From the NCBI RefSeq assembly GCF_036321535.1, contig NC_087447.1, positions 558,001-622,000 of the forward strand: a stretch of 64,000 bases of DNA. Direction: 5' to 3'. This document shows positions 1-13,330 of this stretch, one piece after another. Within the stretch, counting starts at the first letter, position 1, and every line of letters begins with the position of its first letter. The position numbers and the translations under genes are program-made. A model generated the notes under the pieces. It did not search any database. It saw only the letters and a program-made list of their open reading frames with translations, and was not told the DNA's origin. Source of the DNA: Camelus dromedarius (Eukaryota).

Positions 1-461
1 GGGGCTGGACGGACAGACGAGGGACGGACAGGGCCGCCTGTGCTCGGCAAGGTAATAAACAGGTTTGTGCAGGGTCCCCTCTGTGGACGGGGGCCAAGCC
101 CCAGGGACGGGTGCTGGGAGACTGGAAGGCAGGGTCCAGAGAGCCCAGCCCAGGCCTCGAGGCCCCCAGTCCAGAGACCAGCTCTGTCCCTGGGGGTGTT
201 CAGGCTGGGCCAAAGGTAGGGCAGGGCTGGCGCCAGGAATGTAAAGATTTCTGCGTTTTCTACATAAATAAGACATTGATCCCAGTGGTGGTGCAGGCAG
301 GACCTCGCCAGGCCAGTGCCTGCACCACCGTGTGGATCCTGCACCCACTTCCTCTCCCCCACCCCCCATGGGGAGAGACTTGTGCTCGGTCCTGGGTGGA
401 CCCCCGGCTCTGGTCCCACTCTGGTCCTGCTCGGCTGGAGGGTGGGGAGTGGCTGCCGGGC

Positions 462-3503
<3,042 letters not shown>

Positions 3504-4599
3504 TTAACTCCAGGGGCAACCAGGTAGGGGCGGCAGAGAAGGATGCCGGACAGGGAGGTGGTGGAGGAGGAGGAGGGGTGGTCTTCTCCTCTCAGGGGAA
3601 TTTCAAAACCACACTCCTGTCCTAGGAGAAAGAGGGCGCTGGAATCAGCGGGGGTGGGCAGAGGCTTGGAGGCGCACCAGAGCAATAAGCCTTCCCAGAG
3701 CCTTCCTCCCAGCACCCAGCCCCTCACCCAACCACCGAGGCCAGGGCTGCCACGTGTTCTGGGCGTGTGGTGTGCGGGGGAGGCACCCGCCCCCTGGCCC
3801 CATCCCCAAGGCCACCAGTTTCACCCCAAGCCCCCCCCTCCACCAGCAGCGTCCTCCCAGCTGGCCTTGCACAGGCGCCCAGGCTCCCATTCACGCTTAT
3901 GCTCACGTGCACACCGAGCCCTTTAAAGGGCCAGGCGCCTCTGCGGGAGGCAGCATCGGGAGATGGGGCCACAGCGCCAGTCAGGGCACCTCAGCCCCTG
4001 GACTGGGCTGTGGCAAGCCCCCATCCTTGAGCAAAGGCGGTGGGCGCCTGTCCTCTTCAGGATGGGGGTGAGGGTCTCCTCCTTCCTGGTGCCCCAGGAC
4101 CCCTACCTGGGCCCAGATCACAACTGCAGGTAGACACAGCCAACTCAGGTGTGGCCCCTACTCCATGGCAACTCCGTGCTGGACCCCTGACCATCCCCTC
4201 CCCTCAGAGAAGCACCAACTCAACCATAATCAGCCCTGTGTCCACCCACCTCTCCACCCCTCCCAAGAATTTCACTCCCAGACTGACAGACAGACAGAGA
4301 AATGCAGTGACTGTCAGGACCTCTGGTAAGGGGGTGGCTGACCTTCTGAGGCTCCATGTGGTTGGGCCCCCCATCTACTCTAGGGATACAGGCAAGCAGT
4401 CTCTCTCACTAGAAGCAGGGTGGGGGAGCCAGAGCCAACATCGGGGCCTCTGATGGAGGGGCACAGGCATAAAACTGAACCGTGGGGGGGCCTCCCCAAC
4501 TCCGGCCCCCTCAGAGGCCAGCTGTCACCAGTTTGCACCCGAACTGCTACCACCCAGGGTCACACAGCCCAGCTGTCCCTCCGAGGACTGGTGACCTTC

Positions 4600-4830
4600 C
4601 CCTCAAGCTTTCCTGGGCCACGCTCTCCCCTGCCTGCCCAGCATCCCCGCCGCCCCGCTGGCCGCCTCCCGCCCCGGCCCAGGTCGGCTCACCCGGAGGT
4701 GCACAGGACTCGGCTCCTCCTCCAGGACTGCTGCCTGGGGCTCACCGCGGAGATCCGAAGCCGAAGGAGGTGCCGGCTGCGAGGATTGGCTGCGGGGCGG
4801 GGCGGGGCGGGGCTGGCGGGGGAGGGGGAC
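4600..4830 (-). promoter_or_regulatory. SLC25A22: Alternative promoter / non-coding first exon of SLC25A22
   Basis: Local CpG-rich patch; tandem GC boxes GGGGCGGGGCGGGGCGGGG (4794-4812); CCAAT on the minus strand (4785-4789); two minus-strand GTGAG donors (exon ends at 4746 and 4693). Confidence 0.6.
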
Positions 4831-6062
4831 TTTCTCTTTCACTTCGGGCGGGATGAGGCTCCCTGCAGCTGTGGGTGAAGAGATGAGAAGGGGTGTGACA
4901 GCTTCTGCGAGGCAGGGACTGGCCTCAGAACCCCCCTCAGCCCATGGGGCAGTGGGTCTGATTCAGGCTGACTCAGCCAAGCCAGGCAACCTGCTCACAG
5001 GGACCTCAGCCCCGGGCCATAGTGCCCCCAGCTGCCCCTTGGGTTCCTGGCTGCAGTGTGCTGGCTGGATCTGTCTAGGGTCCTGGGACCCCATGGACAG
5101 GGCTCTCCCCGTGTCCAGGCACAGGAAATCCAGTGTCATGGAGTGAGATGAATCTGTGCCCACTTGTGTCTGTGAGACTTGTGTGTCTTTTGGGGGAAGG
5201 AGCATTTCAGGGACATCTCAGGCTGGAGTAGAGGAAGACGTGCCTGTCTGCTGGGGCTCGGAGGCCCCTGGCTGCCACCCACAGGCCTGTTCAGTTGGCA
5301 GGTCCAGAGGGCAGGAGAACTGGCACTCCCAGAACCCTCCGCCCTGCCAAGCTGTCCCCCACACCCCATTCACCCAGGGCCCCAGTGTTAGGGACCAGCT
5401 TCTCCATGCCCCAGCCTGCAGAGAAGTGACCTCTGCACTTCAACCTCACCCTGTCTCCCAACCCCTCCACTTCCCTGGTGCAGACTGGCCACAGCTGATT
5501 CTCTCTGTTGTCTCTGACCCTTGTGCCCTCTGGGGACTGAGCATCACCAGACCCCACCTCCTGTCTAGGATAAGGGACACTTGGATGATGGGGGTCCGGG
5601 AAGTCAGGCAAGGTGGGGAGGGGAGCAGTTGTCCTAGGATGAGAGGAAGGCCTGGAGACCCCAAGCCTGAGAAGACAGTCAGCCCTGGGGTCCCACATCA
5701 CACTCTGTTGGCTGGAGTGGGGAAGATGGCTGCAGAATTGAGAACTGTCGGGCAGAAGGGGCTTTGCCGGGGGAAGATTGACCCGGGGTCCTCTGGACGG
5801 AGAACCCTTTTTTCCTCTGTCTTCACTCAGTAGTTCATACTCCCTGCTCGGGAGACAGCTTGGAGGCCCCTCTCCTTTCCCCCCTGTTGCTATAGAAACC
5901 CCGCAGTCCCACCCAGGCCAGAGGCCCCAGGGCCATCAGCCCTCCCCTTCTCCCCTGTCTCCTGTCTCCTCCCTCCTATTCTGCAGCCTGGTAAACCGAG
6001 GTTGCAGGCAAGGCTGTGGAAGGCTGTGGAAGGCTCGGGTCACAGAGACTACCCACAAGACA

Positions 6063-6749
6063 ATGCTGCTGCTCCCAGGCACCCCAGAGGTAAAATCTCC
6101 CACAAATGAAGCCCTCAAGAAGGGCAGTGGGACTGAGGCTGCGTCTGGGACTGGCCATTTGATCCCCCAGCCCTTTCCCCCTGGGGAGGCACTTTCTGTC
6201 CAATGGGCTGCAATCCGCCGACAAAGGAGACGCGAGGTGGGGGTTCAGGAAGGCGTCTTGGAGGCCGGCTCAGCTCCTCGACCCCTAGAGGGGGTCCAGA
6301 CGGGACCCGGGCGGCCACGCTGTCCCCCGCCAGGCGATGAGGCTCCAGCCAGGCACGTGTCCGCGTACGTCCCGCAGGGTCCCACGTGTGTTCCTCCCCC
6401 CCCCCCCACGGCCCGGCTTCTGTTCCTCGGGCACCGGCACCAGTCTCCCACCCCGCGAGGACACGTGTGCGCGAGGAGCGCGCCCGACACCGCCCGGGGC
6501 CGAGCACGGCCTCCTACACTCGGGCGGCAGCGGGTCGGAGCATCCGCCGGCGCCGAGTCCCGCAGGAGCCGCCTTGTCCCGGCAGATGTCACTTCCCACA
6601 GCCGCTGTGACGCTCCTGGCCCCCGCAGCCCAGCCACACTCGGGTGGGCGCCGCGGAGGGGACCCGCCCCGCGGGCACTCACCGCGCGCTCTGCCGCCGC
6701 CTCCGCCGCGCTCGCCTCCCCGCTGCGCCGCGCGCCCAGCTGCACCTAG
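6063..6749 (+). CDS. Single-exon Pro/Arg/Ala-rich ORF (228 aa from ATG) antisense to SLC25A22 exon 1, at the position of human PANO1
   Basis: Frame open from 5778 to 6749; in-frame ATG at 6063 with A at -3; + strand AATAAA at 7313-7318. Synteny suggests PANO1, but I cannot confirm homology and high GC content alone produces long ORFs. Confidence 0.3.
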   Translation: MLLLPGTPEVKSPTNEALKKGSGTEAASGTGHLIPQPFPPGEALSVQWAAIRRQRRREVGVQEGVLEAGSAPRPLEGVQTGPGRPRCPPPGDEAPARHVSAYVPQGPTCVPPPPPTARLLFLGHRHQSPTPRGHVCARSAPDTARGRARPPTLGRQRVGASAGAESRRSRLVPADVTSHSRCDAPGPRSPATLGWAPRRGPAPRALTARSAAASAALASPLRRAPSCT

Positions 6750-6870
6750 ACGTGGAGGCGCGTCCGCTCGGCGCCGCGCGCGCTCCGCCCCCGGCCCTCG
6801 GCCCGCACGCGGGCTCCGGCTCCCCCTCCCGGCCGCCGCGGCCACTGCGCCCGGCCGGGCCAGCGCGCAC
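6230..6870 (-). promoter_or_regulatory. SLC25A22: CpG island with upstream non-coding first exon of SLC25A22
   Basis: Dense CpG; minus-strand donor CG|GTGAGT with the exon ending at 6683. Confidence 0.65.
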
Positions 6871-7312
6871 CCCAGGTCCCCAAGGGTCTTCCTCTGTGGT
6901 CTGGCCTTGCGCCCTTGCATGGACTGGGACCCAAGGACTACTCCCCCAAGGGCCAGCGGATGGTGGGGCGCTCTGGGACGAGGTGTCCTAGGGTAGGAGC
7001 GGTCCTGGGCCACAAAGTAGGAGCTGAGAGGGTACTGAACTGGCCAAACACCCACCAGCCTGCCCCAAGGGCAGATGCGCAATCCCGCTAACTGGTGACT
7101 TTGTATCCATCGGTGCTGCAGCCGTTACTTTGTAGCTGGGGCTCCCAACCACTCCCAGAGAAGATCAGGACCAAGAGGAGGCCCAGGGCATGTGAGGAGG
7201 AGCAGGACAGGAGCAAGGGCTGTGGGAGAGTCTGTTCGCAGGGCCCCTCCCAGCAGGGCCAGGCCTCTGCTCTCAGCCACCCCTCACCTTCCACCTGCCC
7301 TCCCACCCAACA

Positions 7313-7318
7313 AATAAA
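7313..7318 (+). terminator. Poly(A) signal AATAAA, possibly for a PANO1-type + strand transcript
   Basis: CAAATAAACT lies downstream of the CpG-island ORF and converges on the PIDD1 3' end. Confidence 0.4.
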
Positions 7319-7458
7319 CTGAGCTGAGACAGCAGCCAGAACACTACACGTTTGTTACACACGGGGGTCACTGTCCCCATGCCCAGAGAAGGCTTGAAAG
7401 TGGGAGCTTCCAACCACTGGCCAGGGAGTGTCAGGGACCAGCCCAGAGTCGGTGGGTT

Positions 7459-10400
7459 CTAGGCCTGGGCAGGCTCTGGGGATTGCAACGCTGAAGGGCC
7501 AGGTGGACCAAGGTCCCCGGGGGCCAGGCTTGTGCGCTGGATGCCCTCCTGGTACTTGCGGCGGCCAAGCTCCAAAATGGCCTGCACCTCTTCTGCCACG
7601 TCCTGCCGGTCACTCTGCTCCAGGGCCTGCACTAGGAGCCCCACAGCTCCTGGCCGCCCAGCCTGGCGCTCAGCCCAGGAGAAGAGCATATGGCGGATCT
7701 GTCCATCCAGGTCGTCCCTGGGGGGATGGATGATGGGGGGATGATGGGGGTATGGTGAGGGACGGGAGGGACGGGAGAGAGGGGAGGGACGGGAGGGACG
7801 GGAGAGAGGGGAGAGAGGGGAGAGAGGGGAGAGAGGGGAGGGAGGGGCCCGGCCTAGCCCAGCCCAGCCCAGGACCACCCACCACACCCAGGGTGGTGCT
7901 CACCCTCCCCTGATGGGTTCCTCAATCCCTAGGCTAAGGGTGGGCAGACCCTCCCTTCCCTGCCCATTTGCCCTGGCTCCACCTCCTGTGGACGGAACTT
8001 CAGCCAGCCTCAAGCAGGGCCCTCCGGGCTGCCAGGCCCAGGCCTGAGGCTGGCCTGAGACCAGTGGCAGGAGGCTGAAAGGAATTCACCTGAATTCATG
8101 CCTGATGCGCTGCAGCTCACGGTAGGGCATGCCCAGGTGCAGGGCCACGGCTGGCCAGTCGGGGCCCAGGCGCCCAGCCACAGTCAGCAGGTTGCTCTGG
8201 GTCAGGAAGCCAGTCTCAGCGTCGCCCAGGTTCAGAGGTGCCAGGGAGAGGCTAGCCCCGTGCCCTGGCCCCTCAGACCCCCGCAGTCTCTGTGGGGAGG
8301 ATGCAGTGGCAGTGAGCCTTGGCCCCTGCCCCCAGGCTCCATCCCTGTACCCCTGGCGACCCCCTGCCCCTTCACACACTGCCCCCCGCCAGGCCACACC
8401 GGCAGCTTGATGGGCAGAGTGGCCATCCACAGGGTATCCATGCCCTTCTTCTGCCGGGCAGCCTCCGCCTCCTCGGGCACCTCCTCTGGCACCTCTCCCC
8501 GGTAGAAGGACACCTGGGTGGGGGGATGAGGTGGGGTTCAGTGCTCCTGCCTCTGCCCAGGTGGCCCAGGGGGCCCTACCCCATTGGCTCACCTGGCCCC
8601 TCACAGCCTGAGCCTTCCGGTCCAGGGCGGTGGTCACGTACACCTCCTTCACGTTCCTCAGGTGCGAATAGAAGACAAAGCGCAGTCTGCCCTCCACGCA
8701 GTCCGGACGGCCTGGGGGCAGGGGCGGGCTCAGCAGGGACCCAGGGGGCTGACCGCAGGGGCCGTTCTCCAGGGGCAGGGGGCGTACCGGCATCCACGTC
8801 GATGCCTCCCTCAAAGGCAGCGAAGAATTTCTCGCCCTCAAACATATCCACGGTGTCTGAGGGCTCGGGGCCGCGGTACCGCTCCAGCAGCCGCCGCAGG
8901 GTGGCATCCACCTGGGGGGTACCCACTGGCTGGGAGCCCAACACCCTGCGCCCCCACCTGGCCCCTGGACCCCACCTGGCTGGCTTCCTGACAGGCCCTC
9001 CGCGACCTCCGGCCCCCACCCCGCACCTTGTTCCGGGGCAGGCACTGCAGCAGGACCTGCTCGGGGTCCCGGCGTCTCTGCAGCGCGATCAGGTTCACGC
9101 GGTGGAGCCGCAGCCGCTCCCAGGCCTTCCGGGCCAGGCCCCCCACGCAGGTCGCAGTGGTGTACCAGAGCCAGTACCTGGGAAGCTGGGGGGTGAGGCA
9201 GGCAGTGCAGACAGGCGGGTGGGGAGGGACTGAGGAAGCCAGAGGGAGCACTGACCAGGAAAAGCGTGTGACCTGGAAGCGGGCGTACAGGTGAGTGAGC
9301 TCTAGCGCCACCTGAGCCGTGATGTCATCCCAGGCGGCTGCAGGAGGGGCCCTGTACAGCAGGTGCAGGCGGGAGCGGTCCAGACTCAGGCCTGGGGTGG
9401 GAGGGGCCGCAGGCTGAGGCCACCCTGGCAGGGCTCCCCTTCTGAGCATCGCTGCCCGCCCCGGGGCCACAAGTCCAGGGATACATGCCGCTGCCTCTCA
9501 CCTGTGATGCCGGGGGGCAGAGGCAGCTGCACAGTGACCGGCTGGAGGAAGCTTGGGGGACCACTCTGGGTGAGGCACAGCAAGGGGCTCGCGGCTGCCT
9601 CAGGCTCCTCCAGCAGGGCTGGCAGTCCTCTGCTGCCCACGTGCACCACCTGGAGCAGGCAGGCCACCCGAACACTCAGCTCGGTGCTGAGGCACGCCCA
9701 CCACCCTTGGCAGCTGCCCAGCCCATACCTGCATGTGGACATGCCGGGGCTCCTCAGTGGCCCCAGGGGGGAATGTGACCTTGACCCCAGGATGTCCCGA
9801 GGAACACAGCAATGTCCCCTCTGGTGGCACCAGACAGGTGTTGGACACAGGGCGCGAAACCACAAGGAACCACGAAAAGTGGGGTACCTGGCAGCGGGCC
9901 CAGAGCCGCTGGGCGTCGGAGGCAGGGTTAGAGAGAACAGGGTCGGGGCTAGGGTAGAGCTGCTCCCCCTCCCGGACAGGCCTGGACAGCCCTCACCTTG
10001 GGTGCCTCTTCCTCCAGGTGGGTCTCCAGGTCACTCCAGCTGTTGTCACTCAGGGTCCTGACCACCACCTCCCGGCAACGCCGGGCCCGTGGTGGCACAA
10101 ACAGCAGCCACAGGCCCACCTCCTGCCAGGCAAGGGCAGCATGAGCGCTGGGGCCAGACCCGCGCCTTCCTCACCCGCCCCCCGAGCCGCCCTGGCTGTG
10201 CCTGCAAGAAGGCCACCCCGTGGGGCTGCAGCTCCAGGACACCACTGAGCAGAGAGTCATGAGGACCCAAGGGGACGAGGCGGGGCTCCGGCAGCCACAG
10301 TCGGTAGCGGATGGTAACAGGGGTGGCAGTGGCCCCAGCAGGGAACTGCAGGCGGACGCCACAGGCCAGGGTCACAGAGCAGCCTTGAGGGGTCACGGGG

Positions 10401-12345
10401 AAGCTGAGAGGGGACAGAGTGGGTATCAGGTCAGACAGAGAAAGGCGAGTTTGAGAAGGGAGACCCCCGAGGCGTGGACAGGTGCTTCTCCAGCCCCTCC
10501 TCTCCCCCACACCATACCTGTCCACATCTGAGGTCAACAAGAGTCTGGGCATTTCTGGGACCACGGGTGTCCCTGTGGAAAGACAGGCAAGTTGTTAGGA
10601 TGGTGGGGACAGCTGCGTCCTGACTGTGGTCTGCCCCTGCACGCCAATAAGCCTACCTGGGGGGCTGTGGGGGGCCGGGGGGGCCCTGCCCAGGGGGTTT
10701 CCTTGTAGGCGCACAAAGGGGGCGTCCAATAGCTCGGGGGGCACGTCCCGGAGCTGGTTGTCCCTCAGGTCCAGCCGGGTGAGCAGTGGGAGGCGGGCCA
10801 GGCTGGCGGGCACCGAGGCCAGAAGGTTGCTGTGTAGAACAAGGAGCCGCAGGGACCGGAGCCCCGCTGCGGGCAGGCACTGGCTTAGGGCCAGCAGAGG
10901 ACTGCTCAGTGCCATCCCTGGCCTGGAGCACCAGGGCAGGCTGCTCCCACTAGGGCCTCCCAGAGAAGCCCTTTCAGTCTCTGCCCTGTGGCTGGACTAG
11001 AGAGCTCAGGCAGGCCTGTGCAGGGAGCCTCAAAGGCCAGGGAAGTTGGGGGCTGCCAAGGGGGAAAAGGCTCAAAAGTGGGCAAGCCTGTGTGTGCAGG
11101 GCCCCGCAGAGGAGATAGGGGCCACGGCAGAGTGCAGGCCGGGCAGTGGCCGACAGGCGCTCCCCACCAGGCCCAGTGAGCCAAGGCTGCAACTCACCAA
11201 GGGAGGTAGGGAGGCTCTGCAGCTGGTTGGAGGCCAGATTGAGCTCAGCAAGGCTGCTCAGGCCTCCGATCTCAGGGGGCAGAGTGTCCAGAAGGTTCTC
11301 AGAGAGATCAAGGCGCTGCAGGGTGGACAGGGACCACAGTGCTGTGGGCAGTGTTTCCAGGCGGTTGTGGGTGATGGCAAGGAAGGTGAGGGCAGGGAGC
11401 GCCCCCAGGGCCTCGGGCAGCTCTGAGAGGCAGTTATGAGAGAGCAAGAGGGCGCTCAAGCCACACATCTGTGGGACACAGGCTGGCAACGTCTCCAGGC
11501 TGTTGAAGCTCAGATCCAGGTGGGCCAGGTGGGTGAGGCCACTCAGGCTGGCAGGCAGTGTGGTCAGGGAGCCCTGGAGGCAGGCACCCAGAGCATTCCG
11601 GCGTTGCCCACCTGGGATGGGGGAAAGGCAGACATGACCCTCAGAGCCAGAGTCCTAGGTCCCAGCTCAGCCCTGCTAGCCATGGAAATAGGTGCGTGGA
11701 AACAGAGACCTCCACCCCAACCCCACCAGACAAGGATCGACAGAGATACTGGAGAGACAGCAGCAGGTAGAGGAGACAGGGACAGACAACGCAGGATCAT
11801 CTCAGCAGATAGCCCCCATCCAGGAAAAATACCCACGCAGGGGTCTTCTGGGGACCCCACTGGGCAGCTGCAGGGCCCAGGAGTGGGGCTCAGCCAGCTC
11901 CCTCTTGGGGGAAAATGGGATGGGTAGAGCTGTGCAGAGAATAGTGGAGGGGATGGGATCGGGTTTGCCCGTGAGGACCAAGAGGCAGAGGCAGGAGCTA
12001 GAGATGGGGTTGGGACAGGGCTGGGAGGAGGTAGGGCTCACCTTTGAGGACCAGGGAGCGGAGACGTGGCAGGCTCCAGGGCAGCCGGGCCAGGGTGGCC
12101 TCCAGCAGCCAAGGGTCCTCGTGGCTGCTCAGCTGCAGGAACTCCACCTCCAGCAGCTGAGGGACCTGCTGGGCACACAGGTGCAGCAGCCGGTGGCAGC
12201 CCCTGGGGTACAGGTCCAGGCTCAGCCGGTTCCCAGCCAGGAGAGGGGGCACCCCCAGCCCTGCATCCACAGCATCTGCAGCATCTCTTGCAGCATCTTC
12301 TACAGCAGCTGACTCGGTCTCCAGCCCCTCCGCCACTGCAGCCAT
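7459..12345 (-). CDS. PIDD1: p53-induced death domain protein 1 (LRR-ZU5-ZU5-UPA-DD), 913 aa, 15 coding exons
   Basis: complement(join(7459..7717,8090..8289,8400..8513,8593..8711,8788..8911,9027..9177,9256..9391,9502..9649,9729..9908,9997..10122,10202..10403,10518..10572,10657..10866,11198..11611,12042..12345)); 2742 nt. Contains LRRs (LAHLDLSFNSLETLP), QVPHFSW and a death domain (LGPDWPAVALHLGMPYRELQRIRHEFRDDLDGQIRHMLFSW). One intron (10123..10201) is GC-AG. Confidence 0.95.
7757..7846. repeat. Polypurine tandem repeat (GAGGGACGG / GAGAGAGGG units) in PIDD1 last intron
   Basis: GAGGGACGGGAGGGACGGGAGAGAGGGGAGGGACGGGAGGGACGGGAGAGAGGGGAGAGAGGGG... seen directly. Confidence 0.9.
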
Positions 12346-12370
12346 CACCCACCAGTCGTCCTCGGGGGCC

Positions 12371-12399
12371 AGACATGTCCCAGCTTGCCAGGCAGGCCT
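12371..12399. promoter_or_regulatory. PIDD1: p53 response element upstream of PIDD1 ATG
   Basis: Perfect half-site AGACATGTCC (RRRCWWGYYY) at 12371-12380 and AGGCAGGCCT at 12390-12399, 26 nt upstream of the ATG. PIDD1 is an established p53 target. Confidence 0.85.
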
Positions 12400-12879
12400 G
12401 CTCAGGCAGGGCCCAGGGAGGCTGCAAGGTCAGGGGGAGGAGTGGGTAGGAAGGGGGACTCTGGCTGGGGGGAGCCCTTGAGCCAGGCCAGCTGGTTCAG
12501 AATCCAAAGCCTAGGCTGGACAGGTCATCGCTGAAATGGGGCTGGGCAAGACAGCAGGTAGGGAGACCCCTGTGTGCAGATGGGTCTGGGGACCTGCTTG
12601 AGGGATGGGGGAGGAGTGAGGCTTCACTTCCCAAATCTGGAAACTTAGACAAGGGACTCCTAGGGCTGTCAGGTATCCTGGCTGCCTGCCCCTCTCCTGC
12701 TCCCGCACAAGAGTCGTGGGTCCAGCCCCCACCTCCAATCTTCTCCATCAGCTTTAACCAGAGGTCCAGGACTCTCTTCTACCACGTGGGGGCAGTGGCC
12801 CAAGCAAGGACCATAGTGACCGCGCCCGCGTCCGTCAGACCAGTGAGTGTGAGGGGATTCCTGAGGACGGGACCCCCTT

Positions 12880-13330
12880 CCTGACCCCTGGAGGCGGGCT
12901 CTCCCGCCACTTGAGCTCGCACCTCGGTCCGCTGGGGAGGTCGGTTCACCGCTCAGTTGCGGCCCCCACCGTTCGGGGCGGGTCCCGGCCCGGAGAGAGC
13001 GCCCTCCCCAACGCCGCCGTCCCCAAGGCGCGCTCGCGGCCGGCGCTTTACCTGCGCTCCCGCTCCCGGCGGCGCGTTTCCGGGCCCCGCCGCGTCAGAA
13101 GCGCGCCTCTCGCGTTGGGGTCCCCAAGCGGAGGCCTCAGGGTCCTTACCGCCCTGCCTTCCCTCTGCCAGTCGCCGCCCCGCTGCACTCAACTTCCTGC
13201 CAGGCCGCAAGCGTCCGTGCCGTCTAGCCTTCCCGCGGGAAGGCCCGCATCGCGCGCCACCGGACCCGCCCTCCCAGAGGTTCTTGGCCCCTCAGGCCCG
13301 CTCTGCTCCTGGACTGTGCATTCCTGACCC
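12880..13330 (-). promoter_or_regulatory. PIDD1: PIDD1 CpG-island promoter with non-coding exon 1
   Basis: CpG-dense; minus-strand donors CAG|GTAAAG (exon end 13052) and GCG|GTAAGG (exon end 13150). Confidence 0.7.

Noticed and set aside
54-59. AATAAA on the + strand
   Set aside because: Wrong strand for SLC25A22, whose 3'UTR runs off the window start; no + strand gene identified here.
7757-7846. (PLS)n/(LPS)n peptide repeat apparently extending the PIDD1 last exon
   Set aside because: It is the translation of the intronic minisatellite; the true exon starts at the acceptor at 7717.
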